Positions 8,844 through 17,680 of a stretch of DNA of 41,227 nucleotides are shown here, one piece after another. The notes under the pieces were generated by a model. The model searched no databases and was not told the origin of the DNA. It saw only the letters and a list, made by a program, of their open reading frames with translations. Position 1 is the first letter of the stretch; each line of letters starts with the position of its first letter. This DNA comes from an uncultured bacterium (GTDB lineage: Bacteria; Fidelibacterota; Marinisomatia; Marinisomatales; UBA2128), in contig CAZHRR010000003.1 in NCBI GenBank assembly GCA_964534955.1, positions 1-41,227 on the forward strand, read 5' to 3'. The translations under genes and the position numbers were made by a program.

Positions 8844-9502
8844 CTGCCGGTTCCATTCCGGGATCGCTTTAGAAGTACAACCTTCTCAAACTTATTCTCT
8901 GTTCCTTTTCGCAGTCTGCTGATGTTACTTCGGTGGGTTATGATGATGAAAAGAAAGACGGTGAGGGTGAAGAGTTTCAAAGAGATTCCTGCTGGTGCAA
9001 AACCTAATTCCGGCAATGTCCATGTAGTAAGAGGTAAGAAAGCAGTAGCTGTCAGGGAGCTTACAGAAACATAACCCCATATGATCAGCGTGAGAACGAA
9101 TGCCGCAACGCAGACGGGGATTGCTACTGGATAAAGGGCAATAACTATACCTAGAAGAGTTGCGACTCCCTTACCTCCCCTGAAACCAGCGAAGATTGTG
9201 AAAGTATGCCCCAATACTGCCGCAGAACCGATCAGAATGCCGGGAAGATGGATATCGGTAACGGGGAGATCTGGGAAGAAAGCAGGTATCATCGCAGCGG
9301 CAAACCATCCCTTGAAAATATCCACTACAGCTACCACCAGTGCGGGACGGATTCCGAGTACGCGGTACACGTTTGTCATGCCTGCGTTACCACTCCCATG
9401 TTTCCTGATATCAATCCGGCTGTGAATTTTTCCCATAGCAAGACTGGAGGGGATAGAGCCCAATAGGTAACCGAGGAGGATTGCGAGAAATAATTGAGGC
9501 AT
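8840..9502 (-). CDS. plsY: Glycerol-3-phosphate acyltransferase PlsY
   Basis: YLLGSIP, GSGNAGMTN, FRGGKGVAT and HRSNISRL motifs. Confidence 0.95.
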   Translation of the reverse strand: MPQLFLAILLGYLLGSIPSSLAMGKIHSRIDIRKHGSGNAGMTNVYRVLGIRPALVVAVVDIFKGWFAAAMIPAFFPDLPVTDIHLPGILIGSAAVLGHTFTIFAGFRGGKGVATLLGIVIALYPVAIPVCVAAFVLTLIIWGYVSVSSLTATAFLPLTTWTLPELGFAPAGISLKLFTLTVFLFIIITHRSNISRLRKGTENKFEKVVLLKRSRNGTGS

Positions 9503-9599
9503 TATAAATAAGTCGGGAACTTAATAGTCAGCAGGAGAGTAAAGTGTCTTGGAAGAGCCGGTCTGGGGGCCACTTGTCTCACCCTCCTAATAACCCCAC

Positions 9600-10229
9600 T
9601 TAATCCCCCGGGCCGGTTTCTTTATTTCCAATACTTCTGATTTGATTTTTCTCAGGTGCCAGCATTCCGCCGGAAATAATTGTTTTCATTCCTTGTTCTA
9701 CAGTCATTTGAGCATCAATTGAATGAGCTTCCGGTACAATTAACATATAACCGGAAGTGGGATTCGGTGTAGTGGGAAGGAAGACGTGAATGTAGGGAAT
9801 ATCATTCTGGTCTACCGATTTTCCCGTGACAAAGGCGAGACTCCATATTCCCTTTCGTGGATATTCAATGAGCACCGTTCGCTTAAAGGCTTTACTAGAA
9901 GAACCACCCAATACCTGAGTAATCTGTTTGACAGTACCGTAAACACTTTTAGCAATAGGGATGCGCTGCAGCATAGATTCACCCAACTGAATGAGCTTAC
10001 GTCCCAAAAGATTTGTAACCAGAATGCCGAGAAAGAAGATAGCAATAAAAGAGACTATAAGTCCCAATCCTGGGATGTGGAAACCGATTATCCGGTCTAC
10101 TAATGGAGCAGCCATGCCGTCAAAAAAATTGAAAAGGAACTGCAGTACCCAGACGGTAGCGGCGACTGGTGCCAGCGTAACCAAGCCGGTAACAATCTTA
10201 CCCCGTACTGTTTTTAGATAGCCGCTCAT
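9600..10229 (-). CDS. DUF502 membrane protein
   Basis: RIPIAKSVY, LIEYPRKG and VFLPTTPNPTSGY motifs. Confidence 0.9.
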   Translation of the reverse strand: MSGYLKTVRGKIVTGLVTLAPVAATVWVLQFLFNFFDGMAAPLVDRIIGFHIPGLGLIVSFIAIFFLGILVTNLLGRKLIQLGESMLQRIPIAKSVYGTVKQITQVLGGSSSKAFKRTVLIEYPRKGIWSLAFVTGKSVDQNDIPYIHVFLPTTPNPTSGYMLIVPEAHSIDAQMTVEQGMKTIISGGMLAPEKNQIRSIGNKETGPGD

Positions 10230-10294
10230 ATTCTTGGGGAGAAATTACATTCTAAACTGTTAGGTAACAATTAGAAGGAGATAATAATTTTTGA

Positions 10295-10329
10295 TTTACT
10301 ATTTTCTCCAAAGGAGTCTGTGACAATTG
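10295..10329. repeat. Left arm of a ~35-bp imperfect inverted repeat (partner 11317..11351)
   Basis: Its reverse complement CAATTGT-CACAGACTCCTTTGGAGAAAATAGTAAA aligns to CAATTGTTCACAGAATCCCGTGG-GAAAATAGTTAA with 30 matches in 36 columns. Confidence 0.65.
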
Positions 10330-10452
10330 ACTATTGTACAATATATTAACAAAGAGAAAAGGGTAAATCTGTCTTAGTTTAGGCTACCCGAAGTTCTTAT
10401 CTTAATGCAGCATCTTGCGGTAAACGTCAGAAGTAAATAATCAATTAGTTGA

Positions 10453-10638
10453 TCAATTCCTAAATAATCCTTCAAGCTTCAACAGCTGTTTCTTCATTTC
10501 CAGTCCTCCGCCGTATCCGCCCAGTGAACCATCATGAGCAATGACCCTGTGACAGGGGATTATGATGGGAATGGGATTGTGTGCATTGGCACCGCCCACA
10601 GCTCTCACAGCTTTGGGATTTCCCATTTGTTCGGCTAT
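10453..10638 (-). pseudogene. Duplicated 3' fragment of ogt ([16 protein letters not shown]...PCHRV...LEGLFRN*)
   Basis: 10489..10638 matches 11396..11545 with 6 differences in 150 bp; open frame with its own stop codon; 5' part absent. Confidence 0.9.
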
Positions 10639-10763
10639 AGGGAAAAAGTAACCAGCGTGAAACTTGTGTCGGAGAACTTAAATATGGAGTAGAAACGATG
10701 AATCATAAAAAATCCAAAAATCATGCTACCAGCCCTTCACGACCGGTTGACTGTGGGTTAGGT
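10639..10763 (-). mobile_element. Degenerate integron attC-like recombination site downstream of hicB
   Basis: On the minus strand, ACCTAAC (RYYYAAC) lies 10 nt after the hicB stop. Arm GTCAACCGGTCGTGAA pairs with TTCACGCTGGTTAC, leaving two extrahelical bases. The terminal GTTRRRY box is missing and the site abuts the ogt fragment. Confidence 0.5.
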
Positions 10764-10773
10764 GGCTATACAT

Positions 10774-10986
10774 TTATGCATATACCAACCTATGTCCTTT
10801 AACTTCAGGAATAGGGTCACCAAATTCTCTTGCAGTATCCAACCATAATTGAATTGCATCTTTTACGTTTACAAGTGCTTCATCATAACTATTCCCATGT
10901 GCAAGGCAACCTTGTAATTCTGGAACTTCCGCAATATAAATTTCGTCTTCCTTATCCCAATAAATTATGATTTCATACTTGCTCAT
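10774..10986 (-). CDS. hicB: HicB family antitoxin
   Basis: YEIIIYW..ED..YIAEVPEL.GC.AHG.SY.EAL...AI.LW......GDPIPE signature. Confidence 0.9.
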   Translation of the reverse strand: MSKYEIIIYWDKEDEIYIAEVPELQGCLAHGNSYDEALVNVKDAIQLWLDTAREFGDPIPEVKGHRLVYA

Positions 10987-11239
10987 TTAATTCATCCCCT
11001 AAGTTGTATTCTATTATTACTTTACGAACCTGTCGAACTTGGTACGCTTTTGCATTATTACCCTCACGTTGCAAGTTCACTTTTTCAATTATTCCACTCT
11101 TTCTGAAAATATGATGACTTCCACGAATACGTTCTTCAAATCCTAAACGTTTCAACAGTTGTTGTTAATCATCAAAACCAATGTTTTTATCCGAACCGCT
11201 CCGCAGTATTTTAAACAGAAGTTTTCCATATCTCCCCAT
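10973..11239 (-). pseudogene. hicA: HicA family toxin with in-frame stop at codon 25
   Basis: From ATG 11239 it reads MGRYGKLLFKILRSGSDKNIGFDD*QQLLKRLGFEERIRGSHHIF..., with TAA at 11165-11167; GSH motif and AKAYQVRQV are present. Confidence 0.85.
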
Positions 11240-11316
11240 AATACAAATTAGCAAATCAAGTAATTAGAAAAAACCACCATTTTTACGTCAAATTTCGATT
11301 TTTGTTTGAGCATTGA

Positions 11317-11351
11317 CAATTGTTCACAGAATCCCGTGGGAAAATAGTTAA
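11317..11351. repeat. Right arm of a ~35-bp imperfect inverted repeat (partner 10295..10329)
   Basis: See the left arm; lies 8 bp beyond the ogt stop codon. Confidence 0.65.
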
Positions 11352-11359
11352 TTCGTTAA

Positions 11360-11842
11360 TCAATGCCACTGTGCGTTTTCTAGCTTCAAAAGATATTTCT
11401 TCATTTTCAGTCCTCCGCCGTATCCGCCCAGTGAACCATCATGAGCAATGACCCTGTGACAGGGGATGATGATGGGAATGGGATTGTGTGCATTGGCGCC
11501 ACCTACAGCTCTCACAGCTTTGGGATTTCCCATTCGTTCGGCTATCTCCTTATATGAAGCTGTTTCTCCGTACGGAATTCGTTTTACTTCATCCAGAGCC
11601 TGTTTTCTGAATGGAGTAGTTTGAAGATCCAAAGGAACTGTGAACTGCTGGAGTCTGTCGTCAAAGTAGGCGATGAGTTCGTCGCAGACTGGCTGGAGGA
11701 GACGTATATCTTCAGAGGATTCCATTATGGAAAAAGCCGGATCATCCACCTCACTGGGTAGTTGAATCCGGCAGACTCCTTTATCTGATTGAACAATAAC
11801 CAAGGAGCCTATAGGCGAATCAAGTGTTGTGTGAATAAGCAT
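11360..11842 (-). CDS. ogt: Methylated-DNA--protein-cysteine methyltransferase
   Basis: IPYGETASY, AVRAVG, active-site PCHRV and LGGYGGG motifs. Confidence 0.95.
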   Translation of the reverse strand: MLIHTTLDSPIGSLVIVQSDKGVCRIQLPSEVDDPAFSIMESSEDIRLLQPVCDELIAYFDDRLQQFTVPLDLQTTPFRKQALDEVKRIPYGETASYKEIAERMGNPKAVRAVGGANAHNPIPIIIPCHRVIAHDGSLGGYGGGLKMKKYLLKLENAQWH

Positions 11843-11843
11843 A

Positions 11844-12743
11844 TCAGGGTACCGTTTCAGCTGTTTGTGATCGACCTTGTCGGTAATTTACAAAAAATAC
11901 GCCGGTGAGGATAAGAATTGCTCCCTCAAGCATCCGTGGAGTAAACTGTTCACCCAGTAGCTGCCATCCAATAATGACGGCGATGATGGGCGGAATGAGA
12001 GCGATAGTGGATATTTGCGTCACCGTAAGGTGTTTGTAGAGCCAGAAGTAAATGCTCCAGACAACCGCTGTACCCGGGATTGCAAGATAGAACAAAGCAG
12101 CAGTGTTGCGCACACCCCACTCTACGCTCAGTGGATCCTCAATAAGAAAAGAGACCGGCAGCAAAACAACTACTGCAAGGGTCTGTGACACAACATTTAG
12201 ATGGAAGTGAGGGACTTCTATCTGGTGTTTTTTGTAGAGTACGTTGGGCCAAACAGCTATCAAGACAGCCACAAGGACAGCTGCAACTCCTTTCAGTTCA
12301 AATCCTTCAAAGACACTCTTATCCTGAATAAATATCAGGGTAGTTCCTATAAACCCCATCAAAACACCTGTAATTTTTTGTGTAGTCAAATGATCAGTAC
12401 GGATAGTAAAGTGCGCGAGAAAAGCTACTCCTATTGGAAATATTGACCAGATTACGGCGGAAAGACCCGAATGAATGAATTGTGTTCCCCAGTAGGTGAG
12501 GGTGTAGGAGCATACGAAAACGACTGCTCCGAAAGCAATGTACATTTTTACGGCATTCCTGGATAGGACGAGCCTTTCTCGCCGGTAGAGAAATATACTC
12601 CACAGAATCACAATAGAGATTGCAAACCGCAGGCTCACGGCAAGGATGGGTGGGGTATTTTCAAGACCGATCTTAATTGCATACCAGGTAGTTCCCCAGA
12701 TACAGCTGACAAGAATATAAGCCAGTATTATGGCTGGTCTCAT
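11844..12743 (-). CDS. EamA/DMT family transporter
   Basis: IWGTTW..IK, PP....LRF, about 10 hydrophobic segments, LGE near the C-terminus. Confidence 0.9.
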   Translation of the reverse strand: MRPAIILAYILVSCIWGTTWYAIKIGLENTPPILAVSLRFAISIVILWSIFLYRRERLVLSRNAVKMYIAFGAVVFVCSYTLTYWGTQFIHSGLSAVIWSIFPIGVAFLAHFTIRTDHLTTQKITGVLMGFIGTTLIFIQDKSVFEGFELKGVAAVLVAVLIAVWPNVLYKKHQIEVPHFHLNVVSQTLAVVVLLPVSFLIEDPLSVEWGVRNTAALFYLAIPGTAVVWSIYFWLYKHLTVTQISTIALIPPIIAVIIGWQLLGEQFTPRMLEGAILILTGVFFVNYRQGRSQTAETVP

Positions 12744-12788
12744 TCTGTAATCAAAAGAGATGGGATAAGAGAGTGGAGAGACAGTACC

Positions 12789-13739
12789 TTAGCGACCCTT
12801 GCTCTCACCATAGCGGTTGTACAACGCTACAACTACGGGACTGGCTACGAACATGGACGAGTAAGTCCCCACCAGGATGCCTACCATCATAGCGAAAGCG
12901 AAATAGCGGATGACTTCACCGCCTGCCAGCCAGAGTACGAAGACTACCATAAAAGTAGTCAGTGAGGTGATAATCGTTCGAGAGAGCGACTCGTTGATGC
13001 TCTTATTGATGATCGCCTCATACTTCTCCTGCTTCAGCCGTTTGAGGTTTTCGCGTACACGGTCGAACACTACAATAGTGTCATTAAGTGAATAACCGAC
13101 GATGGTCAAGAATGCCGCTACAATGACTAGAGAAATCTCGTAATCCATGATTGAGAAGATGCCCAGGGTGATGAGGACATCATGAACCAGGGCGGCTATG
13201 GCACCCAAAGCGAACTTAAACTGGAACCGGATGGAGATGTAGATAAGAATCATCAGAATAGCAGAGATGATAGCGAGGACAGCCTTCCCGCGAAGTTCTG
13301 CGCCAATCTTGGGGCCTATAGTATCTGTGGACAGTTTGAATTCAGTCATTTCATCTGGAACACTCTCGGGGAATGCAGTGTAGAGTTTGTTAATGACAGC
13401 CTCATCAGCATCCTCCACAGACTCAGGCAGCTTGGGGAGGCGGACACTTACCAGATCACTCCCCTTTTCGTCCCGTTCCAGCTTGATTTCGGCTTTGCTG
13501 AAGTCGAAGGTTTCGTCAATAATTTCCACTTCGGTCAGAACGTCGCGTACACTGCTGATTTCCACCGATTTATTGTACTTGACCATTACTCTGGTACCGC
13601 CAGTAAAGTCGATCCCTAACTTGGGACCACTCTGAAGGAATAGCGATATCAGGCCTGCCAGAAGGAGAGCCCCGGAAATGACGAAACCGAAGCGGCGTGC
13701 TCCGAGAAAATCAATCTTGGTTTCTGATAGAAATCTCAT
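12789..13739 (-). CDS. secF: Protein translocase subunit SecF
   Basis: LGIDFTGG, IGPKIGAEL, HDVL and GYSLNDTIVVFDRVRE motifs. Confidence 0.97.
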   Translation of the reverse strand: MRFLSETKIDFLGARRFGFVISGALLLAGLISLFLQSGPKLGIDFTGGTRVMVKYNKSVEISSVRDVLTEVEIIDETFDFSKAEIKLERDEKGSDLVSVRLPKLPESVEDADEAVINKLYTAFPESVPDEMTEFKLSTDTIGPKIGAELRGKAVLAIISAILMILIYISIRFQFKFALGAIAALVHDVLITLGIFSIMDYEISLVIVAAFLTIVGYSLNDTIVVFDRVRENLKRLKQEKYEAIINKSINESLSRTIITSLTTFMVVFVLWLAGGEVIRYFAFAMMVGILVGTYSSMFVASPVVVALYNRYGESKGR

Positions 13740-15544
13740 ATGCTTAAAGTCTGCAGTTGTCTGCGGGATGTGATGATGTTAAAGATAGTCCGAGTGAAGA
13801 AGATAGCCGTAAACATGCTGATGGCTATACCTGCAAATAGGACAACAGCAAAACCTTTGATGGGGCCTGTACCGAACTGCCATAGGATCAGTGCCACCAG
13901 AAGAGTTGTAACGTTTGCATCGATAATGGTTGTCAGCGCTCGAGCGTAACCGCTGTCAATGGCGGTTCTGACTGTCTTCCCTTTGCCCAGCTCTTCCCTG
14001 ATACGTTCGAAAATGATAACATTGGCATCTACTGACATACCCACAGTAAGGATCAATCCGGCTATCCCTGGGAGAGTGAGAGTGGCATCAAGGGTAGCAA
14101 GTACTGCCATCACCAGTGCGATGTTCCAGATGAGTGCAACATTGGCAATGACGCCGGCAAACTTGTAGTAAATAAGCATGAAAATAAGCACGATTACTAG
14201 ACCAACCAGGATGGATTTCGTCCCCTTGTCTACGGAGTCTTGCCCTAGTGCAGGCCCAACTTCATGGCCATAGACTTTTCGGATAGGTGCCGGAAGTTTA
14301 CCAGCCCTGAGGACAATGGCGATATCCTTGGCCTCTTCCATATTGTCCAACCCTTCTACCTGAGTGCGGCCGTCGGTGATCTTCGAACGGATGACAGGAG
14401 CCATGTGAACCTTGTTGTCCAAGACAATAGCAACACGGTCTCCAACCCGGCTGGTGATGACTGACCACGTCTTGGCTCCCTCAGAGTTCATGCTTAACCG
14501 GACGATGGGCTGACCGTTGTAAATGTCGGCGACAGCATTATCTACAACCTGACCGGTAAGTTTGGGATTATTAGGGTCAGCATCAAGATAGTAGAGGATA
14601 TAAGTTTCTTCCAGTCCGGTTGAAGACTGTTGAGGATCACTGCTCCAAACAAAACGCCCAAAATCTTTCTGGATAATCTGTTTTACATCTTCCCGCTTCA
14701 GAAACCTATTTACGCGCAATCGGTTGGACAATGGTACACCCATATCACCTGATGGGGTAGGGGTCAGTAATGAGGAAAAATTATCAGCGCTGATAGCTTC
14801 TGTTTCTAGCAGTGTTTCATCAGCTAATTGTAATTCCAAACCGCCCGTGTCAGCTTCTGTTGTATCCAACTCAGTAAGAGATGTATCACCCTCGAATTGG
14901 AGAGCATCAATCTTACTTACAATATTCTGCGTGGAAGGGCTGTCCTTTAAATAAGCAAATTCAAGCAAAGCGGTTCGCTCCAGGAGAGCTTCGGCCCTGT
15001 CAGTATCGGTTACCCCAGCCAGTTCTACGATTATGCGATGGCTTCCCTGTTTTTGGATGGTGGGCTCAGAAACACCGAACTCATCTACCCGGTTCTGTAA
15101 TATCTCCAGCACTTGATTGATTGCGTCATTTGCCGCAGCATTGAGACCGTCTTTGATTTCTGCATTGTTAGAGCCGAGTCCTTCAAAGTGACGCTTTAGT
15201 TGGATTCCCTCTGCTGTTGCTGTCTGAATAAACCGACTGATAAAAGTTTCCTGGTTACCGGTTTTTTTGGCGTTTGCCAGTATAGCTATAAGAAGAGAAT
15301 CAGCCTGAGGTTTTACTGGTACTGCTAAATTCCCTACCATAGTTGGGATATCCACTTCTAAGAGGAATGAGGCGCCGCCCTGTAGATCGAGTCCCAGCTT
15401 AATGGACTCCTTCTTAAGCTCCTCGATTTGAGTTTCGTCCTCCGGCGGGAAAAACTGAAGTTTCACTGACGGCCATAATGCCCAGACAGCCCATAGGAAA
15501 ATCAGAATGCTGAAGAAAATTCTGGGTTTGTTATTATGAGACAT
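13736..15544 (-). CDS. secD: Protein translocase subunit SecD
   Basis: LGLDLQGG, RVDEFGVSEP, VGPALG and GMSVDANVIIFERIREE motifs. Confidence 0.97.
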   Translation of the reverse strand: MSHNNKPRIFFSILIFLWAVWALWPSVKLQFFPPEDETQIEELKKESIKLGLDLQGGASFLLEVDIPTMVGNLAVPVKPQADSLLIAILANAKKTGNQETFISRFIQTATAEGIQLKRHFEGLGSNNAEIKDGLNAAANDAINQVLEILQNRVDEFGVSEPTIQKQGSHRIIVELAGVTDTDRAEALLERTALLEFAYLKDSPSTQNIVSKIDALQFEGDTSLTELDTTEADTGGLELQLADETLLETEAISADNFSSLLTPTPSGDMGVPLSNRLRVNRFLKREDVKQIIQKDFGRFVWSSDPQQSSTGLEETYILYYLDADPNNPKLTGQVVDNAVADIYNGQPIVRLSMNSEGAKTWSVITSRVGDRVAIVLDNKVHMAPVIRSKITDGRTQVEGLDNMEEAKDIAIVLRAGKLPAPIRKVYGHEVGPALGQDSVDKGTKSILVGLVIVLIFMLIYYKFAGVIANVALIWNIALVMAVLATLDATLTLPGIAGLILTVGMSVDANVIIFERIREELGKGKTVRTAIDSGYARALTTIIDANVTTLLVALILWQFGTGPIKGFAVVLFAGIAISMFTAIFFTRTIFNIITSRRQLQTLSI

Positions 15545-15650
15545 TATTTCTGGTAGCGGTTCTAAAGTATTCTTTCTCGAACAAGCGGTGGCGAATTTAC
15601 CGTAGTGCTAAGTGGGAGGCAATCATTTTTAGTGAGTTTACAGGTGTTCT

Positions 15651-15713
15651 TCATTCCTTTTCTACCAGCTCCAGAAGCTGCCGAATCCACCTTATTAAAC
15701 GTTCCTCATTTAG
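15651..15713 (-). repeat. Duplicated 3' end of the DUF1801 gene (LNEERLIRWIRQLLELVEKE*)
   Basis: 56/63 nt identical to 17316..17378 (LNEERVIEWIRQLLELVEKD*); both copies end in TGA. Confidence 0.88.
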
Positions 15714-15756
15714 TACTGTTGGATAAGCATGTGATAATGCTCAGTTTTGTAGACGT

Positions 15757-16209
15757 TTAATCAAAAACATATCGCTCATCATAGTCTATATCAAATGCCT
15801 TCAAGAAGCCTAAATACTCCTGCTTAAACGTCTGTTTTTCATGATGCTTTTCCTGGTTTTGAATGTATTGAAACACATCATCTATTTGAGAATGGCCGTA
15901 TGAAAACGCTCCATATCCTTCCTGCCAGTTAAATTTTCCCCGAATCAATTTTTTTGAATTGATGAAATTTGATGTGTCCTTTTTCATATCCCGAACTAAA
16001 TCAGATATAGATTCCTTAGGCTTCATCCCAATAAATATATGAACGTGGTTAGGCATACTATTTATAGTAATGAGTTTGTGATCCTTGTTTTGAACTATAC
16101 CCGTTAAGTATCTATAGATCTCGTCTTTTATGTCTTTATTGATAAGGTTTTGTCTTGATTGAGTTGAAAAGACAATTTGAATGTAGATTTGTGTGAAGGT
16201 GTTTGCCAT
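15757..16209 (-). CDS. tnpA: IS200/IS605-family Y1 HUH transposase (RAYT-like, no tnpB)
   Basis: MANTFTQIYIQIVF start, HUH motif NHVHI, F.WQEGYGAFS, catalytic YI.NQ. Confidence 0.9.
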   Translation of the reverse strand: MANTFTQIYIQIVFSTQSRQNLINKDIKDEIYRYLTGIVQNKDHKLITINSMPNHVHIFIGMKPKESISDLVRDMKKDTSNFINSKKLIRGKFNWQEGYGAFSYGHSQIDDVFQYIQNQEKHHEKQTFKQEYLGFLKAFDIDYDERYVFD

Positions 16210-16228
16210 TGGTTTATCTCCTTTGTTG

Positions 16229-16356
16229 AACTCCTACGGGTTTCTCCCCTAAGTCTATGAAATCTATCAGGACTTAGTTTTATTTGTTTTGACTCCATTA
16301 GGAGTCTGATATTTATAGCACAAAAATTTTAATAAACACAACACCGTTAGGTGTTG
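16229..16356. repeat. Cluster of REP-like short palindromes upstream of the transposase
   Basis: AACTCCTACGGGTT (16229-16242); CTAAGTC...GACTTAG (16249-16277); GACTCC-ATTA-GGAGTC (16291-16306); CAACACC-GTTA-GGTGTTG (16339-16356). Confidence 0.65.
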
Positions 16357-16435
16357 AATGAAATTGTTTTTGATTTTTTATTTTTGCTCATTCATGTTGG
16401 ACATATAAGGTGTATTTTCTATTGGAGGTAAGATT

Positions 16436-16816
16436 TTAAGAGATTGGTTTTCTATGAATTTCATGATTGAAATCTGGGGCTAATGAGGATTTTTTAATTA
16501 CTCGACTCAGGAGGTCAGCATTCTCAGATGTCACAGATTCTCGGCATCTATAACAATAGCTCTCACTTTTTCTGTTTTCATAAGGTAGAAAATAGTTGTG
16601 GCAATTTGCACACGATAACCATTGCCTTTCGCAATTCTGGCAAAGATGATGGTTTTTTTCTTGTGTCTGGAAGGAAGTAGAGCACACAGCGCATGATCTA
16701 TTAAAAGTTTTTTGTACTACTTCACGCCTGTGGCCCCTATTTCTGAGAAGTTGAATATCTAGAGATTTTCTTTCTTCAAGTTCATCAAAACATGAATCAC
16801 AATGCAATTGATACAT
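16436..16816 (-). CDS. Cys-rich hypothetical protein with repeated CxxC-x(n)-CxxC Zn-ribbon units; probably the C-terminal half of a frameshifted gene
   Basis: CDSC, CAVC...CQNC and CANC...CYRC; 58-bp out-of-frame overlap with the upstream ORF. Confidence 0.55.
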   Translation of the reverse strand: MYQLHCDSCFDELEERKSLDIQLLRNRGHRREVVQKTFNRSCAVCSTSFQTQEKNHHLCQNCERQWLSCANCHNYFLPYENRKSESYCYRCRESVTSENADLLSRVIKKSSLAPDFNHEIHRKPIS

Positions 16817-17250
16817 GAATTCAGGCTTAAAATATTTTTACACCACCCAAGGAGAATAGTATCTTTATGTTTGAAAAATACATAGTCGTAACCACGATAA
16901 GTTGACTTGATAGCTTCAGACTCCATTAAGTAGAGAGAATCAAGAACTTCCTCGGGTATCTGTGGTATCTTGATGTTCCTTATGCATACATCGTACTTGA
17001 ATGTTTGACGTTGTAGTAAGAGTGGTTTATCTTCATCATTGTTATTTCTTAAAACCGAGTCGGATTCTTTTGGAATTGACTCGACAAAATCTTGTATAAC
17101 TCTCTGTGGATTACTAATAGTAAGTTTTACATTCCTTCTAAATTCCAAAAGGTATGTTCGGCAGAATCTCCAATACCTTCCAGCACAATCAACACATATA
17201 TCATTAATTAGAGAAAGGTTTTTATCTTTATGACATTCTATGCAATGCAT
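16759..17250 (-). CDS. Hypothetical protein with N-terminal CxxC...CxxC; probably the N-terminal half of a frameshifted gene
   Basis: 163-aa AT-rich ORF with CIEC...CVDC; no recognisable family. Confidence 0.55.
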   Translation of the reverse strand: MHCIECHKDKNLSLINDICVDCAGRYWRFCRTYLLEFRRNVKLTISNPQRVIQDFVESIPKESDSVLRNNNDEDKPLLLQRQTFKYDVCIRNIKIPQIPEEVLDSLYLMESEAIKSTYRGYDYVFFKHKDTILLGWCKNILSLNSCINCIVIHVLMNLKKENL

Positions 17251-17315
17251 ATTGTGTCTATTGATAAAGTTTTGTAAAAGAACAATGTTTTTTCCTCATT
17301 AAGAATAAATCCTAT

Positions 17316-17680
17316 TCAGTCCTTTTCTACCAACTCCAGAAGCTGCCGAATCCACTCGATTACACGTTCCTCATTCAGTTCAATAATGAAGCGAAATTTC
17401 ACCTGCCTCATTCTGGTGCCAGTTCCTTCAATAACGTTCTCAGAATCGTCAAAATCAAGACCGTGGATAAAACCCGAGTTTCCCATTATCTTATCAGTAG
17501 AGATGTAGAAAAGATTCTGATCAGTAAAGTAAACAGGATTTCCCCATTTGATAGCTTCGTTCAAAAGCAGGATGTTATCGAGAACTATCTTGGGAGTTGT
17601 TGTGCAATCTCTTGAAATGGTTAAGAGACTTTGGCAACATAGTACTCCGCATCCTTAGCGTTGATTCGTTTGCAGCTCAC
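17316..17680 (-). pseudogene. DUF1801 (YdhG-like) pseudogene
   Basis: GTG overlaps the kbl stop; reads [28 protein letters not shown]/frameshift/KIVLDN...EAIKWGNPVY...EGTGTRMRQVK. Confidence 0.72.

Noticed and set aside
10453-11545. Diversity-generating retroelement TR/VR pair
   Set aside because: There is no reverse transcriptase, and the differences are not adenine-specific (they include T/C changes) and are mostly synonymous.
16229-16356. CRISPR mini-array
   Set aside because: The repeats are short, non-identical and irregularly spaced, and there are no cas genes.
15715-16403. Additional attC sites around the transposase (GTCCAAC and ATCCAAC on the minus strand)
   Set aside because: The boxes match RYYYAAC but no paired arms or partner GTTRRRY box were found.
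16436-17250. CIECH and CANCH as heme-binding motifs
   Set aside because: There is no signal peptide, and the motifs pair with further CxxC units as in Zn ribbons.
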